A stretch of DNA of 64,000 nucleotides, from NCBI GenBank assembly GCA_000433915.1, contig HF993646.1, positions 69,357 through 133,356 on the forward strand, given 5' to 3'. The stretch is from Clostridium sp. CAG:793 (GTDB taxonomy: Bacteria > Bacillota > Clostridia > TANB77 > CAG-508). Positions 20,196 through 30,345 of the stretch are shown piece by piece (within the stretch, counting starts at the first letter, position 1; each line of letters starts with the position of its first letter). The notes below the pieces were generated by a model, which ran no database searches, was not told where the DNA came from, and worked only from the letters and a program-made list of their open reading frames with translations. Position numbers and translations under genes: made by a program.

Positions 20196-22286
20196 ATGAA
20201 AGAATGGATTGTAACAAATGGCATAGGAGGATATGCTGCATCAACAGATTTTGGAGGAATGAATACTAGAAAGTATCATGGATTATTGATTGCTGCATTA
20301 AATCCACCATCAGATAGAACACTTATATTATCAAAACTTGATGAAAGTATTGAAATCAATGGTAAAAAAACAAATTTATATACAAATGATGCTAATGGAG
20401 AAATTTCTAAAGGATACAAATACCAGACAAATTTTGAGAAAAACATAATACCAGTTTATACTTATAAAGTACAAAAAGTTACTATAGAAAAATCAATTAG
20501 TATGATATATGGCAGAAATGCAGTTGCTGTTGTATATAGAGTTATGAATCAAAAGGCTAGAACAAAACTATATTTAACACCAGTAATTAATTTTAGAGAT
20601 TATCATGGGATATGTAAGAATTCGAGTTTTAGATATCGTCAGAATTTATCTCAAGATAAAGTACAGATTGATTATGGAAACAATCATAAAATCAACATGG
20701 GAATAAAAGATTCAAGCTATATTCCAAGCCAGGGAAATATGTTTTATAATATGCACTATCAAAAAGAGCAAGAAAGAGGATTTGATTCTTATGAAAATCA
20801 TGCTGTACCAGGTACTTTTGTGGTAGAGCTTAAGCCAAATGAAGATAAAGAGATTACATTTGTATGTGCATTAGATGGAAAGTATGGAGTTGATTTTGCT
20901 GATATTACTAAATTTTCTGGAAGTAAAATAATTGAGTCTGAAGTTCAAAGAATAAATAGACAAATAAAAGAATCAGGTCTGTTAAATACTCTTCCTAGTG
21001 ATTATTTGGATAAGCAAGCGTATGAAAATCTTGTAAAAAAATATATTGTTGCATCTGATAATTTTATTGTATATCGTGATTCTACTAAATTGCATACAAT
21101 TATTGCGGGATATCCATGGTTTTCAGATTGGGGAAGAGATAGCTTAATAGCTTTTGAAGGATTGCTACTAATATCAAAAAGATTCAAGATTGCAGAAGAG
21201 GTACTTTTAACAAGCATGCAGAAAGTAAAACAAGGTTTAGTTCCTAATGGATTTTCAGAATATGGTGGTAAGGCATTATATAACAGTGCGGATGCTTCAT
21301 TATTGTTATTTGAAGCAGTTAATAAATATTTGGAGTATACAGGAAATTATGATTTTGTAAAAAATAATTTATATGCTCAAATGAAATCAATTATAAACTA
21401 TTATATTGATGGAATTACTTTAGACGGAAATAATATTTATTTAGATGAAAAAGATTATTTGATCGTATCAGGAACAGATAAGACTCAGAATACTTGGATG
21501 GATGCAAAAGTAAATAATATTCCAGTTACGCCTCGAAATGGTAAAGCTGTTGAAATAAATGCTTTATGGTATAATGCTTTAAGGATAATGCAAAAATTGA
21601 ATTTAAAATGGAATCACATTGCAGGACAAGTAGAATATGCGTATCTTGCAAATAAATGCAGAAAATCCTTTATAAAAGATTTTTACAATCCTAATAAAAA
21701 ATGTTTATATGATGTAATTAAAGAAGTAAAAAAGGAAAATCCTAAAGCACCAACTATTGATAATAGATATTCATTTATACAGGTAGAAAAAGATGATAAA
21801 GTACGACCAAATCAATTATTTAGTTTAAGTTTATCATATCCTGTAATAGATTGTAAAACTGAAATTGCAAGAAATATATTAATTACGACAACTCAAAAAT
21901 TACTAAATAAATATGGACTTAGAACTTTAGCAAAAGGTGAACCAGGATATATAGGAGTATACGAAGGTGGACCTGCTAAGAGAGATAGTTCATATCATCA
22001 AGGACCTACATGGCCATGGTTATTTGGACTTTACTATAATGCAATGAAAAATGTAATTAGTGCTGAAAATGATGTAAAACAAAAGAAGGCTTTAGAAAAT
22101 ACTTTGACAGAGTTTAGAATCAACACTGCTAATACTTTTATAAATGAATTAGTAAATGGAAATACATGTGGAAGTATAAGTGAATTATATGATTCTGAAG
22201 AGTCAAATAAAAAGAAAAATGGCAAAGGTGCTTTTGCACAAGCATGGAGTGTAGCCGAAGTATTTAGAATTTTACTAAAAAAATAA
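20196..22286 (+). CDS. glycogen debranching enzyme (amylo-alpha-1,6-glucosidase family)
   Basis: GYPWFSDWGRDSLIAFEGL and WMDAK blocks typical of the GDE_C family, 696 aa. Confidence 0.8.
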   Translation: MKEWIVTNGIGGYAASTDFGGMNTRKYHGLLIAALNPPSDRTLILSKLDESIEINGKKTNLYTNDANGEISKGYKYQTNFEKNIIPVYTYKVQKVTIEKSISMIYGRNAVAVVYRVMNQKARTKLYLTPVINFRDYHGICKNSSFRYRQNLSQDKVQIDYGNNHKINMGIKDSSYIPSQGNMFYNMHYQKEQERGFDSYENHAVPGTFVVELKPNEDKEITFVCALDGKYGVDFADITKFSGSKIIESEVQRINRQIKESGLLNTLPSDYLDKQAYENLVKKYIVASDNFIVYRDSTKLHTIIAGYPWFSDWGRDSLIAFEGLLLISKRFKIAEEVLLTSMQKVKQGLVPNGFSEYGGKALYNSADASLLLFEAVNKYLEYTGNYDFVKNNLYAQMKSIINYYIDGITLDGNNIYLDEKDYLIVSGTDKTQNTWMDAKVNNIPVTPRNGKAVEINALWYNALRIMQKLNLKWNHIAGQVEYAYLANKCRKSFIKDFYNPNKKCLYDVIKEVKKENPKAPTIDNRYSFIQVEKDDKVRPNQLFSLSLSYPVIDCKTEIARNILITTTQKLLNKYGLRTLAKGEPGYIGVYEGGPAKRDSSYHQGPTWPWLFGLYYNAMKNVISAENDVKQKKALENTLTEFRINTANTFINELVNGNTCGSISELYDSEESNKKKNGKGAFAQAWSVAEVFRILLKK

Positions 22287-22301
22287 TAAAAAGGAGCGTA
22301 T

Positions 22302-23243
22302 ATGGTTTACTTATTGTATGGCGAAGATAATTATTTAAAAAACGAATTTGTAAAGAAAGCCAAGAAAAGTTTTGGAGAATTACAACTAGGAATCAACTAT
22401 ATACAAATAGATGAAAGTAATGTAAATAATGTTATATCAGATATTGAAACTCCGGCATTTGGCTATGAAAGAAAAATGATTATAGTAAAGAATGCTAACT
22501 TAATGCAGAAAAAGAATGCAATTTCTGATAAATTATCAGAGTATTTAAATGATGCGGACAAACAAATTTTAGATAGTATAGAACTAATAATTGTTGAAGA
22601 CTCAGTAGAAAAGAATGCTTTATTTAATACGATTTCGAAGATCGGAATGATTAAGGAATTTAATGAGCAAAAGATAAGTCAATTAATTACTAAAGTAAAA
22701 AGCATTTCAGCAGCCTATGGCGTGCAGATACAAGAAAATGTTGCACAATATTTTATTGAATGTACCGGAACTAATATGGAGGATATAATTAATGAAATTC
22801 GTAAGCTAATTGAATATGCTGGAAAAGGTGGAACAATAAAAAAAGAAGACATAGACAGCCTAACAATAAAAAAATCAGAAAGTGTTATATTTGATTTAAC
22901 TGATAATTTAGGCAAAAAGAATATACATGAAGCAATTAATGTACTTCATGACCTGATTTATGCAAAAGAACCAGTACAGAAGATCTTAGTAATGCTGTAC
23001 AATCATTTTAAAAAGTTATATATAGTTCAATTAAGTAACGGACAAAATGTCGCTCAAAATTTAAAATTAAAGCCAAACCAAACTTTTTTAGTAAGTAAAT
23101 ATCAGAATCAAGCTAAATTTTTTACTCAGGATGAAATACGAAATTTATTAAATGAATTTATGTATATTGATGAAGCTTCTAAGAGTGGAAATCTTGATAT
23201 AAATGTAGGGCTGGAATCAGTATTATGCAGATACTGTGCTTAA
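22302..23243 (+). CDS. holA: DNA polymerase III subunit delta
   Basis: YLLYGEDNYL N-terminus, about 313 aa, delta-subunit architecture. Confidence 0.85.
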   Translation: MVYLLYGEDNYLKNEFVKKAKKSFGELQLGINYIQIDESNVNNVISDIETPAFGYERKMIIVKNANLMQKKNAISDKLSEYLNDADKQILDSIELIIVEDSVEKNALFNTISKIGMIKEFNEQKISQLITKVKSISAAYGVQIQENVAQYFIECTGTNMEDIINEIRKLIEYAGKGGTIKKEDIDSLTIKKSESVIFDLTDNLGKKNIHEAINVLHDLIYAKEPVQKILVMLYNHFKKLYIVQLSNGQNVAQNLKLKPNQTFLVSKYQNQAKFFTQDEIRNLLNEFMYIDEASKSGNLDINVGLESVLCRYCA

Positions 23244-23319
23244 TAGGAATAAAAAAGAATTCTTTAAACATAATATGTTTAGAGAATTTTTTTGAGGAGA
23301 ATTTTACAATGAAAAATAA
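23243..23319 (+). repeat. direct repeat copy 1 (77 bp)
   Basis: Identical to 24409-24487 except T7 versus T9. Spans the holA terminator, GAATA-17-CATAATA, GAGGAG and ATGAAAAATAA. Confidence 0.95.
23258..23293 (+). terminator. holA intrinsic terminator (inside repeat copy 1)
   Basis: 14-bp stem AATTCTTTAAACAT/ATGTTTAGAGAATT, loop AAT, T7. Confidence 0.8.
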
Positions 23320-23360
23320 GTTAAATTATGTTGAAAACGATTTTGACTACGTACAATAGA

Positions 23361-23389
23361 TTGACATAAAATACTAAAAATGATAAAAT
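23361..23389 (+). promoter_or_regulatory. SigA-type promoter of the inserted P-loop gene
   Basis: TTGACA, 17-bp spacer, TAAAAT. Confidence 0.55.
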
Positions 23390-23485
23390 ATAAAAAATAT
23401 TAATTGAGAGAAATACTCATTAGAGGATTTATGTAATTATAGCTATGAAATAAATGGATTTTATAATTGAGGAGATTTTGTATAA

Positions 23486-24202
23486 ATGGAAAGATGGGCA
23501 ATTTTGGATGAAAATATGAAACAAGGAAAAAAGCAAAAATTTATATTTGTGACAGGACCATCAGAATCAGGTAAAAGTGGAGCCGTTATACATATGACAA
23601 GAAAATTTCCGAATAATGTAAAACATTTAAAGATAAGGAATATATTTAGAGAGATGTATGAAAGAAGTGATAAGAGGCAGAGTTATGAAGAATGGTATAT
23701 GGAACAAACAACATATGAGTTTGAAAAATTTTGGGATAACTATATTGATACTGCTAAGGATTTAGGTGAGGATGCTGACATTATTGTTATGGATACTTTA
23801 TATGGAGTAGAAGAGATGAAATTTATATATAGTAGACTGGGAAAAAATGTGGGATTACTATATATTGATGCACCTTTAAAAGATAGAATCTTAAGAGAAT
23901 ATAGAAGATTAAGGACAGATTCACCATATTCAGATAGAAAAGCGGATTTGACAATTACATGGGAACAAATAGAAGAGCAAACAAAAAGAAAAGATGAAAA
24001 TAAAAGAAAAGCAGGCGCATTTGATTTAAAAAGGCTAGCAGTGGATGAAGATAATAAATTAGTAATAAATGATAATGCAGCAGTCCATTTTGCTAATATT
24101 ATTAATAATAGAGGCAGTTTAAAGGAATTTGAAAACAAACTTGATGAATATATTGGTAAAGAGATATATGAATTAAGCAAAGAAAGAGAAGAAAATGAAT
24201 GA
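23486..24202 (+). CDS. P-loop NTPase / kinase-like protein of unknown function
   Basis: Walker A VTGPSESGKSG and an acidic Walker-B-like IIVMD. RBS GAGGAG. No family recognised. Confidence 0.7.
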   Translation: MERWAILDENMKQGKKQKFIFVTGPSESGKSGAVIHMTRKFPNNVKHLKIRNIFREMYERSDKRQSYEEWYMEQTTYEFEKFWDNYIDTAKDLGEDADIIVMDTLYGVEEMKFIYSRLGKNVGLLYIDAPLKDRILREYRRLRTDSPYSDRKADLTITWEQIEEQTKRKDENKRKAGAFDLKRLAVDEDNKLVINDNAAVHFANIINNRGSLKEFENKLDEYIGKEIYELSKEREENE

Positions 24203-24408
24203 TAATATGTATATTTTTATTACATGGACTTCTTAAACTTATAAAAGCATGATTGATGGAAAACTGTACAATTTTGAAAATTTTAATATTACAGGGGAAT
24301 TAAATTCCAATGCTATATCTATTGAATTTGAAAACTATATTAAAAAATTTATTGAATTTATTTCGAACGAAAAAGTACTAAAAATATAAATATGGGGATA
24401 TTTTTAAG

Positions 24409-24487
24409 ATAGGAATAAAAAAGAATTCTTTAAACATAATATGTTTAGAGAATTTTTTTTTGAGGAGAATTTTACAATGAAAAATAA
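24409..24487 (+). repeat. direct repeat copy 2 (79 bp)
   Basis: See copy 1. This copy reads into the true gpr ORF. Confidence 0.95.
24413..24441 (+). promoter_or_regulatory. forespore (SigG/SigF-type) promoter candidate for gpr
   Basis: GAATA, 17-bp spacer, CATAATA. This matches the GHATR-17/18-CATxHTA consensus. The same element occurs at 23247-23275. Confidence 0.5.
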
Positions 24488-25427
24488 TCAAATTCCTAAT
24501 TTTAGGACAGACCTTGCAGATGAAAGAACTGAAATATGTAAATCGCAATCACACAATAAAGACATAGATGGTATTGAAACTACTGAAAATAAAATATCGA
24601 ATAACATTAGTGTTAATACAGTCAATGTTTTAAATGAAAACGGTAGTAAGAAAATTGACAAAAAGGTTGGAAAATACATTACAATAAATATTTCTAATAT
24701 TGACAATATGACTAAAGAAGATATAAAGCTTGCAGAAAAAATTTTAAAAGAAGAATTAAATAAGTGTATTAATGATAATGGACCGATACTTGTTGTTGGG
24801 TTGGGAAATGAAGATACAACAGCAGATTCGATAGGACCTAAAGTAATTAAAGATTTAAAAATAACGCGTCATTTGCTAGAATACATGAAGAATAATGATG
24901 AAGAGAAGAACATAAGAGAGGTAAGTGCTATTGCCCCTGGGGTACTTGGAACTACTGGAATTGAGACTCAAGAAATTATTAAAGGTGTTGTTGAAAAAAT
25001 TAAAGTTTCAGGAATAATAGTTATAGATGCTTTAGCTTCAAATAATATATCAAGATTGCTAAAAACTATTCAGATTTGTAATACTGGGATAATACCAGGA
25101 TCAGGAGTATATAATAAAAGAAAGGAGATTAGTTTGGAAACTATGGGAGTTCCGGTTATTGCGATAGGTGTGCCAACTGTTGTTGAGGCTGCCACAATTG
25201 TTGCTAATACATTTGATATTTTAGTTGATAAATTTGATGAATTTGCATTTTTAAAAGATTCAACTTATCAGGAGAAATATACATTAATAAAAATGGTGTT
25301 AGATCCATGCAAATATAATCTTGCAGTTATGCCAAAAGAGATAGATGAACTTGTCGATAATATGAGAGAAATAATCTCTAATGGCATAAATGATGCATTA
25401 GTGTATGATGTAGAAAATGATATCTAA
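24477..25427 (+). CDS. gpr: germination protease (GPR endopeptidase)
   Basis: RTDLADE N-terminus, VVGLGN...TADSIGP and DALA blocks of peptidase A25. The ATG at 24477 follows GAGGAG. Confidence 0.9.
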   Translation: MKNNQIPNFRTDLADERTEICKSQSHNKDIDGIETTENKISNNISVNTVNVLNENGSKKIDKKVGKYITINISNIDNMTKEDIKLAEKILKEELNKCINDNGPILVVGLGNEDTTADSIGPKVIKDLKITRHLLEYMKNNDEEKNIREVSAIAPGVLGTTGIETQEIIKGVVEKIKVSGIIVIDALASNNISRLLKTIQICNTGIIPGSGVYNKRKEISLETMGVPVIAIGVPTVVEAATIVANTFDILVDKFDEFAFLKDSTYQEKYTLIKMVLDPCKYNLAVMPKEIDELVDNMREIISNGINDALVYDVENDI

Positions 25428-26105
25428 TACTGCAATGTGCAATGGATAAAATATGTAAAAAATATATTTTAGTGATGGTCCTTTTTTTCCATTGTATAAT
25501 AACATAAGAATTGATGGCAAAAATGTAAATAATATTTCAGCAATTAACCAATTTAGTGGAGTAATATTAAAATTAGGTATATATTTTAATATACAAAGTG
25601 CTAAAAATCCTACAAGGAATAAACCAGCATTATTTTTGCTCTTGAATATAGGGCAGAATAGATAAATATACAATATTAGCAAAACTCCCCAAGCGCCATA
25701 ATCAAAATGTAAATATTCAGCTATTAGTGTAAGTATAATAATGGCTATACATTTTATTGGTTTGGATTGGACTTTATCATAAATCAATAATGAAATAAGC
25801 CCAAATAATAATGTGAAAAATATATTTAAATATATAGCTGTGCCAAATATAAAATATGTAAAAATGCTAAGTGGTATCTGAGATATGAATGCAAAGAGTG
25901 CTAATCGTTTAGCATATTTTGAAATATCGTGAGTATGTGTATATCCAATGGCTAATTGAAATGCAAATATGGGAAAGGCGAGTCTTCCAATAATATTTAG
26001 TACTGACAAATGACCAATTAGTGCATCAGATGAATGGTCAAGAAACATTGAAATGATAGCTATAAGTTTTAAAACAAAACTTGACATAATATAAAATCCT
26101 TTCAT
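25398..26105 (-). CDS. TraX-family membrane protein
   Basis: LKLIAIISMFLDH N-terminal signature, polytopic, 235 aa. Confidence 0.75.
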   Translation of the reverse strand: MKGFYIMSSFVLKLIAIISMFLDHSSDALIGHLSVLNIIGRLAFPIFAFQLAIGYTHTHDISKYAKRLALFAFISQIPLSIFTYFIFGTAIYLNIFFTLLFGLISLLIYDKVQSKPIKCIAIIILTLIAEYLHFDYGAWGVLLILYIYLFCPIFKSKNNAGLFLVGFLALCILKYIPNFNITPLNWLIAEILFTFLPSILMLLYNGKKGPSLKYIFYIFYPLHIAVLDIIFYIIH

Positions 26106-26138
26106 AAATAATAAAATTTAGCGTAATGCTAAATTTTA

Positions 26139-27017
26139 TTACAATAAATCTTCATAAGGCAATTTTTTTAATGTAAAAGATGAATGGTTTAAGTAGTTTA
26201 AAATTCCTGAATCACTGGTAAAATTAAAAGATATACTGTAGCTACATAAACATTGCGTATATACTTTAAATCTTTTATTGATTTCGTAAGAGCCGTATTT
26301 TCCATCTCCTAGAATAGGTAATGAGCTATGTGCCAAATGCGCTCTTATTTGATGAGTTTTACCTGTATGTAATGTTACATCTAATAAAGATAGTTTTTTG
26401 TCTGGGTTACTTTTTAGTAGCTTATATGAAGTTGTGATTTTTGAATATCCTTTTTTAGGCTCATCTGAAATGTATACTAATGATTTTTTGCTATCTTTAA
26501 ATAAATAAGCATTTAATGTTTTTGATGTGATTTTAGGAATGCCATAGCAACAAGCAACATAATGCTTTTCTATTTCAAAATTTTTGAATTTGTCAAGCAG
26601 AATTTCAAGTGATTCAGGATTTTTAGCAAATAGCACTAATCCGATTGTATTTCTATCAATTCTGTGACAAGGCTCAATATATGAGTATTTTTGCTTTAAA
26701 ATAGAAGATAAAGAATTATCTCCTGTAACTTCAAGATCTACTGGTTTATTGAAAATTGCGATATTGTCATCTTCATAAATAGTAGGTATTTCAATATTTA
26801 ATTTTATTCCATTTAATATTGAGTCAGTGATGTATACTTGAAGTTCATCATTATAATGAAGAACTTCATTTGAAGAAATTCTTTTTCCATTTAATTTAAT
26901 ATCCTTTTTTCGTAATGCTTTGTATACATGATTTACATTTAAGTTAGGGTATATGCTTGTTAAATATGTACTGATTTTTTTTCCTTCATCTTTATAATCA
27001 ATTATTAATGTTTTCAT
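26139..27017 (-). CDS. RluA-family pseudouridine synthase
   Basis: S4-like N-terminus, catalytic HRIDRNTIGLV, GKTHQIRAHLA. Confidence 0.88.
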   Translation of the reverse strand: MKTLIIDYKDEGKKISTYLTSIYPNLNVNHVYKALRKKDIKLNGKRISSNEVLHYNDELQVYITDSILNGIKLNIEIPTIYEDDNIAIFNKPVDLEVTGDNSLSSILKQKYSYIEPCHRIDRNTIGLVLFAKNPESLEILLDKFKNFEIEKHYVACCYGIPKITSKTLNAYLFKDSKKSLVYISDEPKKGYSKITTSYKLLKSNPDKKLSLLDVTLHTGKTHQIRAHLAHSSLPILGDGKYGSYEINKRFKVYTQCLCSYSISFNFTSDSGILNYLNHSSFTLKKLPYEDLL

Positions 27018-27242
27018 AATTCTTAATCAATTAATTAAAATTGATAATCCTTTCTATATAGTAGTTATAATAAAAACTTTACATAAGCTTATCTAAAATG
27101 GCTTGAAATAAAAAAGTAAATTAGCCAATTAGTTGATAAATAAGCATTGTATATAGATTATACAATTTTTTTGAAAAAAATTCAACAAATTTGTTGACAA
27201 ATTTAAAACTATAGTGTAAAATAATAACTGTCGTTAGGAAAT

Positions 27243-27316
<74 letters not shown>

Positions 27317-27345
27317 TATAATTTGTTCATAAGGGCATAGATTAA

Positions 27346-27377
27346 AATCAACCAGTTTACCTCTGGTTGATTTTTTC
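27346..27377 (+). terminator. intrinsic terminator after tRNA-Gly
   Basis: Stem AATCAACCAG/CTGGTTGATT followed by a T-run. Confidence 0.8.
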
Positions 27378-27534
27378 TTTTGTAATAAATCTTGAAAGAT
27401 GTTCATTTCTGTGGTAAAATTGAAAAGTCAATTAGTTTGATACAGAGTGGAAATCCACTAGATTATTGATGTTATTACATTTATCTAGTCGGAGTTCTGT
27501 GTCCTCCGATAGATATAACACATTGGAGGATTAT

Positions 27535-27999
27535 ATGAGAGTATTCAGAATTGAGGTAAAATTCGAAGATGGTAAAAGTAGCTTACCCGCAAACTTTAAA
27601 GGATTCGTTGCACTGAAAAAATCAGGAAAAATTAGAGGATATGTAGAAGAAAAGATGCCTGATAATCATATTGCTATGCGATACATTTATGGTCAATATG
27701 ACGAAGAACATAACAGGCTTGCTTTCTTTAAGTTGTCAAGCGACAAGGATTACGAACTACCATTTCTTTATGTTTTTCCTAGCTTGAATGAAAGTGGAGA
27801 CGAACTTCAATATACTCCGCTGTTTGATTTCTTCCCGTTTGAAACTATTACAAGACATGTAAGAGTCACAATTAGTGAGGAGACTACTGTAAAGTTTGAT
27901 AGAATTATTGCAAAATACAATAAGGTGATCGAAGATAAAAATAAGCTTAATATTATGCTTATTAGAGATGGAGTAGAAGACTACATACACAAAGTTTAA
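27535..27999 (+). CDS. hypothetical protein (154 aa)
   Basis: The ATG at 27535 lies 5 nt after GGAGG. The ORF-track start at 27466 lacks an RBS and runs through a leader hairpin. No recognisable domain. Confidence 0.6.
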   Translation: MRVFRIEVKFEDGKSSLPANFKGFVALKKSGKIRGYVEEKMPDNHIAMRYIYGQYDEEHNRLAFFKLSSDKDYELPFLYVFPSLNESGDELQYTPLFDFFPFETITRHVRVTISEETTVKFDRIIAKYNKVIEDKNKLNIMLIRDGVEDYIHKV

Positions 28000-28017
28000 A
28001 ATTAGTGGAGATTTATT

Positions 28018-28446
28018 GTGAGAATTAAAGATATTTTTACAAGCCGAGATTGCAGAAGATGCATGAGGATAGCACTGAAACTATTTTTTACAAAATTGCC
28101 TATTGTTAAAGACATTTGCGAAATGAGACAAGCGAATAAGTTAACTAAAAAGCTTGTGAAAAAAGATAGCTGGGAAAGATACACAATAATCAAAAAGATT
28201 GAAGATGAGGCGAATTTTAGAAATAGCTGCATTAATGTGTGGATATGCTCTAATGCAAATGTCTGTACTGAGGAAGATCTTGAAAATGCAAGGAATGATG
28301 CTTTAAGCAATTATTTGATTGACCAACCTAAGTATGCCAATATGAAGAAATATGTTGAAGGAGTGAAACTTCGGAGATTCGATACTGAACACTACAAAGA
28401 GATACTAGAAATCGTTGATACCTGCAAGGTGGATATGATGGATTAA
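28018..28446 (+). CDS. hypothetical Cys-containing protein (142 aa)
   Basis: GTG start after GTGGAG, 18 nt after the previous stop. No recognisable domain. Confidence 0.55.
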   Translation: MRIKDIFTSRDCRRCMRIALKLFFTKLPIVKDICEMRQANKLTKKLVKKDSWERYTIIKKIEDEANFRNSCINVWICSNANVCTEEDLENARNDALSNYLIDQPKYANMKKYVEGVKLRRFDTEHYKEILEIVDTCKVDMMD

Positions 28447-28451
28447 AGCAA

Positions 28452-28498
28452 AGCACAAAACGCTATGGGGAGAACTACTTTTCATAGCGTTTTGTGCT
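28452..28498 (+). terminator. 16-bp perfect hairpin closing the two-gene module (no U-tract)
   Basis: AGCACAAAACGCTATG ... CATAGCGTTTTGTGCT. Confidence 0.5.
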
Positions 28499-28530
28499 AA
28501 TAGAAAATAAAATTTATTAGGAGAAACAAA

Positions 28531-28836
28531 ATGATTGATACTATATTGTCACAAATTTTTACATTAAGAAATATCATTATATATTTGATATTTATAAATT
28601 TTTTTACATGGGTAATGATGGGGTATGATAAACACGAAGCTAAAATACATGAATGGAGAGTAAGTGAGGGATTTCTATTTTTCCTTGTACTAATTGGAGG
28701 CGGAATTGGTGGAATAGCAGGGATGTATATGTTTCACCACAAAACAAGAAAATGGTATTTTAAATTTGGTTTTCCAATTATACTTATATTAGAAATTGTA
28801 GGAATTACATATTTAAAAGTACAAGGTATAATATAA
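28531..28836 (+). CDS. DUF1294-family membrane protein
   Basis: GYDKHEAK..WRVSE..L..GG.IGG..GM..FHHKTRK signature. Confidence 0.8.
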   Translation: MIDTILSQIFTLRNIIIYLIFINFFTWVMMGYDKHEAKIHEWRVSEGFLFFLVLIGGGIGGIAGMYMFHHKTRKWYFKFGFPIILILEIVGITYLKVQGII

Positions 28837-28947
28837 TTATTTTATTGACATAAGAGGAAAAAGGTAGTAAAATTTATTCATCAAAATAAAGATATTAGTG
28901 AACTACAGCTCATTATAGGGTATGTGATAGAAAGGAATATAGCGATT

Positions 28948-30330
28948 ATGGTAGAAAATATGGAAACAATAGTAAATCTTTGTAAAAGCAGAGGATATAT
29001 TTATCCCGGTTCAGAAATTTATGGTGGACTTGCAAATACATGGGATTATGGTCCTCTAGGTGTGGAACTAAAAAATAATGTTAAATCATTATGGAGAAAG
29101 AAATTTATTCAAGAACAAAAAAATATAGTTGGATTAGATGCGGCAATACTAATGAATCCGGAAACATGGGTTGCATCTGGACATTTGTCAAGCTTTTCAG
29201 ATCCACTTATTGATTGTAAAGAATGCAAAACAAGACATAGAGCAGACAAATTAATTGAAGAATGGGCACATGAACACAATCAAGATTTAGTTGCGGATGG
29301 ATGGACAGATCAGGAACTTATTGATTATATAAATAATAATAAAATTCCTTGCCCTAACTGTGGAAAAACTAACTTTACAGATATACGTAAATTCAATTTA
29401 ATGTTTAAAACATTCCAAGGTGTTACTGAAGATTCAACTTCAACAGTATATCTAAGACCAGAGACAGCACAAGGAATATTTGTTGATTTCAAAAATGTTA
29501 TAAGAACTACAAGAAAAAAGATGCCTATGGGAATTGCACAAATAGGAAAAGCATTTAGAAATGAAATAACTCCAGGGAACTTTACTTTCAGAACTCGTGA
29601 GTTTGAACAAATGGAACTTGAGTTTTTCTGCAAACCAGGAACAGACTTAGAATGGTTTAAATATTGGAAAGAATTCTGCAAAAATTGGTTAATTGGTCTA
29701 GGAATGAAAGAAGAAAATATCAGATTAAGAGACCATTCAAAAGAAGAATTGGTATTCTATAGTAAAGCAACGACAGATATAGAATTTGCATTTCCTTTTG
29801 GATGGGGAGAATTATGGGGCATTGCTGATAGAACTGATTATGATTTAACACAACATGCAAATCATTCAAAACAAGATTTAAGCTATATGGATCCAGAAAC
29901 AAGCGAAAAATATATTCCTTATGTAATAGAACCTTCTTTAGGTGCTGACAGAGTAACATTAGCATTTTTATGTAATGCTTATGAAGTGCAAGACTTAGGC
30001 GAAGGAGATTCAAGAGTTGTATTACATTTGCATCCTGCATTAGCTCCTTATAAAGTTGCAATATTACCATTATCAAAGAAATTAAGTGATAAAGCAAATG
30101 AAATTTTCGATGAATTATCAAAGAAATTCCATTGTGATTATGATGAAGCAGGATCAATAGGAAAGAGATATAGAAGAGAAGACGAGATTGGAACACCATA
30201 TTGTGTTACTGTTGATTTTGACACATTGGAAGATGGTCAAGTTACAGTAAGAGATAGAGATACAATGGAACAAGTTCGTATTCCAATAAATGAAGTAGAA
30301 AAATATATCGAAGAAAGAATAGAATTCTAA
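28948..30330 (+). CDS. glyQS: glycine--tRNA ligase (alpha2 type)
   Basis: [19 protein letters not shown]-terminus and class II motifs. The ATG at 28948 is preferred over the track GTG at 28924. Confidence 0.95.
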   Translation: MVENMETIVNLCKSRGYIYPGSEIYGGLANTWDYGPLGVELKNNVKSLWRKKFIQEQKNIVGLDAAILMNPETWVASGHLSSFSDPLIDCKECKTRHRADKLIEEWAHEHNQDLVADGWTDQELIDYINNNKIPCPNCGKTNFTDIRKFNLMFKTFQGVTEDSTSTVYLRPETAQGIFVDFKNVIRTTRKKMPMGIAQIGKAFRNEITPGNFTFRTREFEQMELEFFCKPGTDLEWFKYWKEFCKNWLIGLGMKEENIRLRDHSKEELVFYSKATTDIEFAFPFGWGELWGIADRTDYDLTQHANHSKQDLSYMDPETSEKYIPYVIEPSLGADRVTLAFLCNAYEVQDLGEGDSRVVLHLHPALAPYKVAILPLSKKLSDKANEIFDELSKKFHCDYDEAGSIGKRYRREDEIGTPYCVTVDFDTLEDGQVTVRDRDTMEQVRIPINEVEKYIEERIEF

Positions 30331-30345
30331 AGAAAAGGTGAATAC

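Noticed and set aside
28837-28947. T-box or other riboswitch leaders upstream of glyQS (and trpS, 7003-7018).
   Set aside because: The leaders are too short, and I could not find a specifier-loop or T-box (AGGGTGGTACCGCG-like) sequence.
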